64,000 bases of DNA from the sequence record OU509535.1. One strand, given 5' to 3'. How positions within the stretch are numbered: position 1 is the stretch's first letter; every line of letters begins with the position of its first letter. The notes below the pieces were generated by a model. The model was not told where the DNA came from and did not search any database. It saw only the letters and a list, made by a program, of their open reading frames with translations. Position numbers and translations under genes: made by a program. Positions 1 through 8,386 of this stretch are shown here, in pieces.

Positions 1-1
1 T

Positions 2-766
2 TCATCTTCTAATGAATACAAAATTGGTAATACATATAACAAAGATAACAAAACTTGTGTTTTTCTTGGTGAATCACGATTTATTACTGAAAATGGCACT
101 ATCATCAATGAAGACGATGAAAATACCAACCAGGTACCAAATGGTATCAGAATCACATCAAAAAATGGTAATGTTTACCAGAAAAAAGATGGTCAGTGGT
201 TTAACATTGAAACCAAAAAAGCACTGAATAGTTCAGCGGCACAGGGTGCAGAACGTAGTGCACAAAAAATGATTCAAATTCATAATTCAAATGAAGATAA
301 CATAAAAATTGGTAGTACTGTTACTTCTAAATCAAACAAAACCTATACTTATCTTGGTGGTGATCGTTTTATGGATGCTGGTGGTAGATTATTACCAAAA
401 AGTACTGCTCAAGCTTTAATTCAAAAACACAAAGATGAAAAAAGTTCTGGGAAAGAAGAAGATGAACAAAAAACTGGTTCATCCGATGATACCAGTACTA
501 ATACCACTGACAACACCAATACCACTGATAATACAAATAGTTCAGATGATACTTCTGGTGGTAATGGTGATACAGATAATCAAAGTTCTGATAATCCAAT
601 GCAAGAACTTGCTGATAAAATTAATGCATCTCCATATGCACGTAAAATTAAAGTTCTATTAACTCGTGCTGATAAAGTATCTTTGTTAGCCGCTGATATT
701 TTTCTTAGTGGGAAACGAGAAGAAGTTACACAATTTATCAAATCATTAAATAATAATAATGAATAA
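2..766 (+). CDS. 5'-truncated hypothetical protein with three short repeated beta-rich modules and an S/T/D/N-rich linker
   Basis: The frame of track ORF 269..766 is open back to base 2 (SSSNEYKIGNTYNKDNK...), so the real start lies before the window. Confidence 0.75.
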   Translation, partial: SSSNEYKIGNTYNKDNKTCVFLGESRFITENGTIINEDDENTNQVPNGIRITSKNGNVYQKKDGQWFNIETKKALNSSAAQGAERSAQKMIQIHNSNEDNIKIGSTVTSKSNKTYTYLGGDRFMDAGGRLLPKSTAQALIQKHKDEKSSGKEEDEQKTGSSDDTSTNTTDNTNTTDNTNSSDDTSGGNGDTDNQSSDNPMQELADKINASPYARKIKVLLTRADKVSLLAADIFLSGKREEVTQFIKSLNNNNE

Positions 767-784
767 TTAAAAGGATTTATTGAA

Positions 785-1699
785 ATGTCTAAAAAAATTA
801 ACGAAGCACAAGTTAAGATTGATATCATGAACTTAAATAGTTCAGATCTATCAACACTTGCTCGAATGATGGAACTTGCTGGACAAGCCGAACAAGGTGC
901 AGTTCCAAGTACATATAGTTCTATTGGTGTACCAGGTAGTATTGCAGGTGCAGTCGATTCTATGGGTAATACTGAACCATCTGAAGTTGAAGTAGGTTAT
1001 GATGTTGATTCTGAACCAGATGTAAGTTCTTCTCTGGAAGTGGGTTCTGAGCCTGATGTTGATCCACTACAAAGTTCAATTGAAGAACTTGGCGGTATGA
1101 CTGATTTTGGTGCACAAGATGATGAACTAACTGATATCGACGTGGTAGAATCTGAAGAAATTGAAGACGAAGATGATATGATTGAAGAAGAGTTAAAACG
1201 TATGACTCAGTTATCTGGTATTGTCACTGAAGATGAAGATGTTGAAGTCGATTCCGATGATGATGATGACAAAGATGAATCAGATGATGATGTAGATCTC
1301 GATGAATCTCGCATTATTCCAGATCTAAGTCTAGAAGAAGATACCAGTGATGTTACTGAGTATGGTCCTTTTGATTCTGAACAAGATGCTATCCGTGATG
1401 CAAAATGGAAGACTAATGGAGAACTGGGTGATAACTTCAACGTAGATCAAAAAGAAGATGGTCATTTCTACTGGAGTCGTGTGATGCAAGAACAAGCGTT
1501 TAGTACTGAAGCAGATCCTGAATTAGTAGATACAGATGGTATTCAATATTCACGTCACCGTATGAAACCAAAATTTAATGGTGCTGCTCTCGGTGATAAC
1601 CCACTTCGTGAAGAAGAGCAAGAAGACGAAGAAACCGTTGATGATATCTTTGAAAGTCTACAAAAACGCTACACTGCTTTTGTTGGAGGTAAAAAATAA
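785..1699 (+). CDS. highly acidic hypothetical protein, possible internal head/prohead-core protein
   Basis: 304-aa ORF with AAGGA SD upstream. D/E-rich, with two RMxxL(A/S)G motifs and several hydrophobic-x-E sites. Confidence 0.8.
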   Translation: MSKKINEAQVKIDIMNLNSSDLSTLARMMELAGQAEQGAVPSTYSSIGVPGSIAGAVDSMGNTEPSEVEVGYDVDSEPDVSSSLEVGSEPDVDPLQSSIEELGGMTDFGAQDDELTDIDVVESEEIEDEDDMIEEELKRMTQLSGIVTEDEDVEVDSDDDDDKDESDDDVDLDESRIIPDLSLEEDTSDVTEYGPFDSEQDAIRDAKWKTNGELGDNFNVDQKEDGHFYWSRVMQEQAFSTEADPELVDTDGIQYSRHRMKPKFNGAALGDNPLREEEQEDEETVDDIFESLQKRYTAFVGGKK

Positions 1700-2103
1700 T
1701 GTTTGATTATCGTAAACTAATGGAAGCACTTGATGCTATTGAAAATGGTGAAGACGTGCAACAGGACAGTGCTCCAGCAGCGAAAGAGGATGTGGTGGGG
1801 CATCTCAAGGATATCACCAATTCAATTATCGACATTCTTGATAAACTACAAAGTGGTGATGCCGATATGAATGAGGTTTGTAAAGATTTGCAAAAAGCTA
1901 GTGACATTCTGTCAGCATTGGCATATAATGATTCTACTGATTCAGATGAAGAATCTGATACAACTGATGATACCAGTACTGATGAAGTAACAGAAGATGT
2001 TGGTGTCGATGGTTATGAACCAACAGTGGATAATCAAGAACACCGTTCTTATAAAGAGAAAAGTGCACCATCATATAGTTCTCGCCAAGGCTTTACTGGT
2101 TAA
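1699..2103 (+). CDS. acidic hypothetical protein, translationally coupled to upstream gene
   Basis: 134 aa; TAATG stop/start overlap and GGAGG SD. Confidence 0.8.
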   Translation: MFDYRKLMEALDAIENGEDVQQDSAPAAKEDVVGHLKDITNSIIDILDKLQSGDADMNEVCKDLQKASDILSALAYNDSTDSDEESDTTDDTSTDEVTEDVGVDGYEPTVDNQEHRSYKEKSAPSYSSRQGFTG

Positions 2104-2115
2104 GTGATATGATGT

Positions 2116-2493
2116 ATGATGCCACGAGTTACCGACAGTACAAATTATCAGCTTGATGTACTTAATAAAGTTAAAGATGTTCATGAGTTAGAAGCTGATA
2201 TCACTGATAGAATGCTACTAAGAAGCATATTTAACAATTACAGAAGTGGTGCTGGGTTAAGATTAAGCAAGTTTGGATATGAAATTTGTACAGAAAATAA
2301 TCTTTACGAATTTACAAAAATCCCCTTGCAACGAGAAATAAAAAGCTCTATAATCTTTACTGCGTTGGACAGAATATGTGTTAGTCCTTATTACTCTGAT
2401 GGATGTTACATTTATTTGTCTGATGGTATGGTAGTTACTGAATTGACTTTTTGCTGTGATGATTTTAAAATACTTTTTGAAATGCACATGTAA
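2116..2493 (+). CDS. hypothetical protein
   Basis: 125-aa ORF in operon orientation with natural composition. Confidence 0.65.
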   Translation: MMPRVTDSTNYQLDVLNKVKDVHELEADITDRMLLRSIFNNYRSGAGLRLSKFGYEICTENNLYEFTKIPLQREIKSSIIFTALDRICVSPYYSDGCYIYLSDGMVVTELTFCCDDFKILFEMHM

Positions 2494-2524
2494 AAAACAC
2501 TTCGAAAAAAATTAAAAAAAATGT

Positions 2525-2552
2525 TTGACAAAGCTGATTAATGTGATATAAT
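2525..2552 (+). promoter_or_regulatory. sigma70-type early promoter with extended -10
   Basis: TTGACA-N16-TATAAT with TG one base before the -10. Confidence 0.8.
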
Positions 2553-2764
2553 GCTCAGCATAAAGACAAACAACATCAACGAATTTAATGATTGAATAGT
2601 TGATGAAATGTCATCATAATTAATGATGTACCTTTTAAGTACCAAGGATGAATTACTAAGTTAGGACTGCTAAGTTAAAAATAAAAACTTTCAGTCCTTT
2701 ACTTTTGCTTACGGAAAAGCTATCATATAAACGTAACGATTTCTTAAACCAAAAGGAAAATACA

Positions 2765-4099
2765 ATGTCTAAAGCTGATCAAAACGATATCCTGAACGTA
2801 ACTCTGACCCCAAAGAAAGCAAAAATGGCAATTGCTATTGCTGATAAAATCCAAGATTCTCTGATGATTTGGGGTTCCCCTGGTATCGGTAAATCTGCTA
2901 TCGCACGTCAGTACGCTGATGAACAGTACCCGCTGCGTAAGGATAATGTTGGTAAACTCGAATTCATGCGTCAACAAGTTGAAGTTGCCGATGATTCCGA
3001 AAAAGCACAACTGCAACGCGAACTGGAAGCATTTGAAGCCAAACTGATTGACCAGGATTCAAACTTCATCGACTTCCGCCTGTCACAAATTGAACCATCT
3101 GATCTCCGTGGTATTCCAGTACCAGAGAAAGTATATAAAGATGATAAAGGTAATATTCTGGCTGAATCTGACCTGGATCAAGTTAATAACTACATCGCAG
3201 AAACTGCTGTTGTGTGGGCTGCACCAAAAGTACTGAAACTTCCAGAAGACTGGAAAGGTGTTATCCTGTTTGATGAGATTAACTCTGCTATGCCAATTGT
3301 ACAGGCTGCGTCTTATCAGCTAATTCTCGACCGCTGTGTTGGAGAAATGAAACTACCGAAGACCGCTATGGTACTTGCAGCAGGGAACCGCGAAACTGAT
3401 GGTGGTGTAACATTCGCACTGGCGACCCCACTGCGTGACCGTATGACCCATATTGAGATGGTACCATATCATCAGGATTGGATTGACGATTACGCAATTA
3501 GTAAGCGTGTTAACCCAGCAACTGTTGCGTTTATCAACAACACTGGTGCTAAGTACTTTAACACACTGTCGCCAAATGATCCGTCTCATAGTGGTGGTAC
3601 CTCTCCACGTTCATGGGAAACCGTAGCTCGCTACGAAGATCTGAAAAAACAGGGTGCGATTGATAAAGAAGTTTTCCGTGCACTGATTGCTGGTCGTGTT
3701 GGTGATGGTATTGCAACCGAGTACATCGAATATGTCGAAAACGTATCTAAACTACCAGATACCATGGCTATTCTGAATGGTGAGATTACCGAAATGGACT
3801 CTTCACTGGATATTTCAGCGAACTACTTTGTTTCACTGAACCTGGTGTATAAGATCATCGATCTGTACTCAGAAAAACAGGCTAAACGCCTGTCTGACAA
3901 AGAGTGGGGTCGTCTGGTGAACAATTTCATCCTGTTCCTGGATCACAACTTCAGTAACTGTCAAGATGAACTGTCTGTAATGGCGATTCGTACAATCACC
4001 AAAGCAAACGTCACTGTGAAATTTGCTGATGCTCCAGCGTTCCGTGACTTTGTTAAGAAGTATGAACAACTGGTTCGTGCAGCACGCTCTCTTGGTTAA
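2765..4099 (+). CDS. MoxR-like AAA+ ATPase
   Basis: Walker A WGSPGIGKS, Walker B ILFDEIN, LAAGN sensor, LRDRM arginine finger and SPRSW. Start moved to ATG 2765, which has an AAGGA SD. Confidence 0.9.
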   Translation: MSKADQNDILNVTLTPKKAKMAIAIADKIQDSLMIWGSPGIGKSAIARQYADEQYPLRKDNVGKLEFMRQQVEVADDSEKAQLQRELEAFEAKLIDQDSNFIDFRLSQIEPSDLRGIPVPEKVYKDDKGNILAESDLDQVNNYIAETAVVWAAPKVLKLPEDWKGVILFDEINSAMPIVQAASYQLILDRCVGEMKLPKTAMVLAAGNRETDGGVTFALATPLRDRMTHIEMVPYHQDWIDDYAISKRVNPATVAFINNTGAKYFNTLSPNDPSHSGGTSPRSWETVARYEDLKKQGAIDKEVFRALIAGRVGDGIATEYIEYVENVSKLPDTMAILNGEITEMDSSLDISANYFVSLNLVYKIIDLYSEKQAKRLSDKEWGRLVNNFILFLDHNFSNCQDELSVMAIRTITKANVTVKFADAPAFRDFVKKYEQLVRAARSLG

Positions 4100-4123
4100 T
4101 AAAAAGTTGAAATAGTACTTTAC

Positions 4124-4155
4124 AATAAGGATACCAAATGGTATCCTTATTTTTA
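4124..4155 (+). terminator. intrinsic terminator between AAA and vWA genes
   Basis: AATAAGGATACC-AAAT-GGTATCCTTATT hairpin followed by a T run. Confidence 0.7.
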
Positions 4156-4192
4156 TCAAGAGGAAAGTGTTTTAATATACAAAGGGGTAATT

Positions 4193-5581
4193 ATGTCTGA
4201 TTTTAAATTTGAAGAACCGAGTGTAGAATTGCAACGAGAGTGTCAGAACCGTATGATCATTGCTCGTACTGCACTGATGTTGACTCATCCGTTTTTCGGT
4301 GTTCTTGCATCCCGCCTTCGTCCGGTAGCCAATAATACATGGTGCCGCACTATGGCTGTTGATGGTAAACATCTTTTCTATAACGTTGAATTCGTTATGG
4401 GTGTTCAAGATCCAGCAAAAAAAGATATGTACAAAGAAGCAATTCGTGAAAAACTACCAGATGTTACAGAAGAGCAACTGGAAGCAATGACGAATGGATT
4501 AACGAATGAAAACATCATTGCAGTTATTTGTCATGAAATTCTGCACTGTGCATATGATCATTTCCTGCGTCGAGGTATGCGTGATCCAAGACGTTTTAAC
4601 CGTGCTGCTGACTATGCAATCAACCAAATCATTGATCGTGATGGTATTGGTAAACTACCTGATGGTTGTCTGCTGGATAAGAAGTTTGAAAACATGACCG
4701 CTGAAGAAATCTATCTTCTACTGGAAGAAGAAGAGCAGCAGGGTCAAGGTCAAGGTCAACAACAACAGCAGGGTGGTTCAGGGGATGGTCAGGGTCAATC
4801 CAGGGGTACTATGGGTGATTTGGCTAATGGTAGTCCAAAGGGTTCTACTATTGACCAGCACGACGTACCACAAGATGGTGAGAATGGTTCTGATGAAGAA
4901 ACTCGTAAAGGTTATATGGATGATTTCAAACAAGCAATGATGAATGCTGCTCGTGCTGGTGGTACACCCGCTGAAATCGCTCGTATGATTAAGAACTTCA
5001 AAGAACCAAAAATTGACTGGCGTTCTAAACTACAGCGTACTCTGCGTAGCTGGCTGAAATCCGATGCTACTTATCAGACTCCTTCTCGTCGTTCGTGGAG
5101 TACTGGTTTTGGTGCCAAGGGTTCATTCTATGGTTCTCCTATCTATCCGGGTATGAAACCAGATGAAGATATTGATATCGCAATTGCACTAGATGCATCC
5201 GGTTCAATTTCTGAAGATATGCTACGTGATTTCATCGGGGAAGTACTTGGTATTACCAAACAGTTTAAACAATTCAAAATTCGTATCATGACTTTTGATA
5301 CCCAAGTTTATACGGTTAAAGACTATAAAACAGGAGAAGAGAAAAAAATTCTTGAATATCCAATTTATGGTGGTGGTGGTACTGATTTCGATGCAGTTTG
5401 GGAACATATGAAACAAGACAATTATGTTCCTAAACAACTGATCATGTTTACCGATGGTGAACCATGGCAATCATGGGGTGATCCAAACTATTGCAAAACT
5501 CTTTTTGTGATTCATAGTAATCCTAACAAAGAAGCACCATTTGGTGAAACAGTACATTACGAGTACGAGAAAAAACGTTAA
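4193..5581 (+). CDS. zincin-like metallopeptidase fused to a vWA domain (partner of the MoxR ATPase)
   Basis: HEILH..H zinc motif, Q/G-rich linker, MIDAS motif LDASGS...GGGTDF...FTDG. Confidence 0.9.
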   Translation: MSDFKFEEPSVELQRECQNRMIIARTALMLTHPFFGVLASRLRPVANNTWCRTMAVDGKHLFYNVEFVMGVQDPAKKDMYKEAIREKLPDVTEEQLEAMTNGLTNENIIAVICHEILHCAYDHFLRRGMRDPRRFNRAADYAINQIIDRDGIGKLPDGCLLDKKFENMTAEEIYLLLEEEEQQGQGQGQQQQQGGSGDGQGQSRGTMGDLANGSPKGSTIDQHDVPQDGENGSDEETRKGYMDDFKQAMMNAARAGGTPAEIARMIKNFKEPKIDWRSKLQRTLRSWLKSDATYQTPSRRSWSTGFGAKGSFYGSPIYPGMKPDEDIDIAIALDASGSISEDMLRDFIGEVLGITKQFKQFKIRIMTFDTQVYTVKDYKTGEEKKILEYPIYGGGGTDFDAVWEHMKQDNYVPKQLIMFTDGEPWQSWGDPNYCKTLFVIHSNPNKEAPFGETVHYEYEKKR

Positions 5582-5588
5582 TAAACAA

Positions 5589-5624
5589 AAAGACGGACTT
5601 TTTAATGTCCGTCTTTATTTTTTT
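5589..5624 (+). terminator. intrinsic terminator
   Basis: AAAGACGGAC/GTCCGTCTTT stem plus T tract. Confidence 0.8.
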
Positions 5625-5651
5625 GAACAAAATAAATATTCCTGATATAAT
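5623..5651 (+). promoter_or_regulatory. sigma70-type early promoter
   Basis: TTGAAC-N17-TATAAT with extended TG. Confidence 0.7.
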
Positions 5652-5687
5652 TATTATGGAAAATCACATTTACAAGGAAAGTGTATT

Positions 5688-5909
5688 ATGGAAAATGAAA
5701 ATATCCAACTTGAACTAGTTGATCTAATCAATGCAGCAAAAATTATGGAACACGCAATTAAACTAAATGTCTTCACCGTAGAAGAACTAGTTTCTGTTGC
5801 TCCAGTAGTATCTAAATTTATCAAATTCGCTAATAATGCACTACAAGACTCTCAGAACCAGGATTCTGAAAATTCAGAAACCACAGAAAGTGGTGACGTA
5901 AATGAGTAA
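5688..5909 (+). CDS. small hypothetical protein
   Basis: 73 aa with AAGGA SD; overlaps the next gene. Confidence 0.75.
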   Translation: MENENIQLELVDLINAAKIMEHAIKLNVFTVEELVSVAPVVSKFIKFANNALQDSQNQDSENSETTESGDVNE

Positions 5910-6552
5910 TGTAGTACGTCATAAAGGCGTGATGCGAAATACTGGTTCACGTGTGTTCGTTGTTTTTCGTGAACTACCAGGTGAACCAGAATATTGTCTG
6001 GTTGTATTTCAAGATTCTCTACCAGAAGTATATACTTGGGCCGTTCGTGATCTAGTTTCAGGCCCAGGGCAAAATAGTACTGAATTACATGAAATCATGA
6101 ATGCAGTTGGTGTTCTTGATGGTCGTAAAATGCTGAATGTATTACATGAAGGTAAGTACTTACGTAAAGTTCGTACTGCTGATGTGGATATGCATACTGG
6201 AGGAAATAACATTATTCCTCTTAATGTTCTTAATGAACGATTCAGTGCTAATCTTACCGAAGAATCAAAAATCAAAGATTACAACCCCTTTAATCCTGAA
6301 ATGCAGGATACCAAAATCGAGGAAATGACTATTGTTTCTGAACTGATCAAAGAAGCTCAGAAATATGAAAAACTTTCTAAAGATTACTACGAGCGTCTTT
6401 ATAACCTTGAACCTTCTATGCGTCCACAGGGTGAAGTTAAAGAAAGTGAAGGTTTCTTTAGTATAGAATTTCCTAACGATATTTCACAAACTAAAGCAAT
6501 TGAAAAACTGAAAAAAGTATTCTTGGAGCGTAAAAATAATGCCAACGATTAG
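5902..6552 (+). CDS. hypothetical protein
   Basis: 216-aa ORF coupled to its neighbours. Confidence 0.8.
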   Translation: MSNVVRHKGVMRNTGSRVFVVFRELPGEPEYCLVVFQDSLPEVYTWAVRDLVSGPGQNSTELHEIMNAVGVLDGRKMLNVLHEGKYLRKVRTADVDMHTGGNNIIPLNVLNERFSANLTEESKIKDYNPFNPEMQDTKIEEMTIVSELIKEAQKYEKLSKDYYERLYNLEPSMRPQGEVKESEGFFSIEFPNDISQTKAIEKLKKVFLERKNNAND

Positions 6553-6844
6553 TATAGAAGAAATTATTCTTATGCTAAAAGAAGAAAGGCAAAAACAAAT
6601 TCATAGTCCAAATACTTTAGGTGATACAAATAAAACAAAAAATGACTGGACTGCATTATGTGCTTACTATTTGTTTGAAGGAGCAAGTAGACCAGATAAA
6701 CATGTATCATTTGATGAATTCAGAACATCATTGATTAAAGCAGGTGCTGTTATTATTGCAGCACTTGAAACGAGTTTCGCTTTAGAAGATGAAAAACTAA
6801 AAGACTTGATGAATAAGCTTGAGAATAATCATGACGAAGAATGA
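6539..6844 (+). CDS. small all-alpha protein, possibly MazG-like NTP pyrophosphatase fold
   Basis: KEERQKQ...DW...FRTSLIKAGAVIIAALE resembles phage MazG-like families, but no clear EExxE motif. Confidence 0.4.
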   Translation: MPTISIEEIILMLKEERQKQIHSPNTLGDTNKTKNDWTALCAYYLFEGASRPDKHVSFDEFRTSLIKAGAVIIAALETSFALEDEKLKDLMNKLENNHDEE

Positions 6845-7421
6845 ACTTGATTCTTGGATCAGGTGTCAGACTAATACATTTTATAGTGGCGGAGCAGCAG
6901 GTGCTGACCGCCTTTTTACTTTATATGCAATTGAAAACGGTTTTGAATGTATCAATTTCTCTTTCAGTAAACATGTACATTATGTACCAGAAGAAACTGT
7001 ACTGAGAATACCAGCAGATATATTAGGTGACAATGAAATATATAATGAATTAGTTAGAGCATCCAGAAATTTATCGAAGAAAGTCCCACAAAAAAATACA
7101 TACGTATATAACTTATTAGCTCGCAATAGCTATCAAATATTCAATACTGAACGTATATATTGTATTTCTACTTTAGTTTCTCCTAATACAGTTAGTGGTG
7201 GTACATCATGGGCTGTACAAATGTTGATTAATAAAGAAGAACACCCAGAAATATATTTGTACGACTATTATGATAAATGCGTATATTCATACGATTCAGT
7301 ACTGAAACAATTCACTGAAGTATTTTTTGTTCCTACCCCTCATGGAAACTGGACTGGAATAGGATCAAGAAATGCAGAACCAAAACATTTAGAACATTTT
7401 AAAACATTTTTCAAGGATTAA
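6831..7421 (+). CDS. stand-alone SLOG-superfamily nucleotide-binding protein
   Basis: N-terminal SGGAAGAD loop, later SGGTSWAV and TGIGSR motifs. Start at ATG 6831. Confidence 0.7.
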   Translation: MTKNELDSWIRCQTNTFYSGGAAGADRLFTLYAIENGFECINFSFSKHVHYVPEETVLRIPADILGDNEIYNELVRASRNLSKKVPQKNTYVYNLLARNSYQIFNTERIYCISTLVSPNTVSGGTSWAVQMLINKEEHPEIYLYDYYDKCVYSYDSVLKQFTEVFFVPTPHGNWTGIGSRNAEPKHLEHFKTFFKD

Positions 7422-7423
7422 AA

Positions 7424-8353
7424 ATGAAACAACTATTAGACTTATATGACAAAATCTTGAAAGAAGGAGTACAAAGTACAGACCGAACTGGGGTTGGTAC
7501 TATTAAACTCGTAGGTCAACAAATGCGATTTGATCTAAATGAAGGCTTTCCAGCCGTAACAACTAAACGTCTTGCGTGGAAGGCGATGTTATCAGAACTA
7601 CTGTGGTTCATTGAAGGTTCCCATGATGAACGTCGTTTGTGTGAAATTCTTCATGGTACTCGTGACTGGAGTAAAAAAACAATCTGGACAGATAATTATC
7701 TCAAACAAGGTGTAGATCTTGGATATAGTGACGGTAATCTTGGTCCAGTATATGGTAAACAATGGAGAGATTGGGTAGATTATAAATTTAGTTCTGATCC
7801 AAATGAAATTCAATTATTAAAAGATAAAGGTTATAAAGTATTAGATTATACCGGCTCGCATGGTGTTGTAATGCGTCGCAGTACTGATCAACTCATGAAA
7901 GTTATTGATGGTCTAAAAAATGATCCATATGGACGCCGACATATTCTAAGTGCATGGAATGTTGGTGAGCTTGATGATATGGCTCTTCAACCATGTCATA
8001 GTTTTGTTCAATGGGTAGTTAGTGATAATAAACTAAGTTGTATTCTGACCCAACGCTCAGCAGATACATTCTTGGGAGTTCCACTGAATATCACATCATA
8101 TTCAGTACTCACCCATATGATAGCACAAATTACTGGATTAGAAGTTGGTGAATTTATCTGGAACGGTGGAGATTGTCATATTTACTTGAATCATATCGAA
8201 CAAGTAAAAGAACAATTATCACGAGATACAAAAGAATTACCAAAATTGTGGATAGACCCAACAGTTACAGATATTACAAAATTTACAATGGATTCTGTTA
8301 AATTGATTGGATATGATCCACATCCAGTAATCAAAGCACCAATGGCAGTATAA
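7424..8353 (+). CDS. thyA: thymidylate synthase ThyA
   Basis: DRTGVGT, ELLWFI, LGPVYGKQWR, catalytic LQPCH, QRSADTFLGVPLN, DCHIYLNH, IKAPMAV terminus. Confidence 0.98.
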   Translation: MKQLLDLYDKILKEGVQSTDRTGVGTIKLVGQQMRFDLNEGFPAVTTKRLAWKAMLSELLWFIEGSHDERRLCEILHGTRDWSKKTIWTDNYLKQGVDLGYSDGNLGPVYGKQWRDWVDYKFSSDPNEIQLLKDKGYKVLDYTGSHGVVMRRSTDQLMKVIDGLKNDPYGRRHILSAWNVGELDDMALQPCHSFVQWVVSDNKLSCILTQRSADTFLGVPLNITSYSVLTHMIAQITGLEVGEFIWNGGDCHIYLNHIEQVKEQLSRDTKELPKLWIDPTVTDITKFTMDSVKLIGYDPHPVIKAPMAV

Positions 8354-8356
8354 TAT

Positions 8357-8386
8357 AAAAGGGAGACATTAAGTCTCCCTTTTTTT
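8357..8386. terminator. bidirectional terminator between convergent genes
   Basis: AAAAGGGAGAC-ATTAA-GTCTCCCTTTT. Confidence 0.85.

Noticed and set aside
7424-8353. Group I intron or intein in thyA (also checked gp46, ClpA and the visible polymerase)
   Set aside because: The ORFs are continuous with normal lengths. The thyA insert is only about 30 aa and has no splicing motifs.
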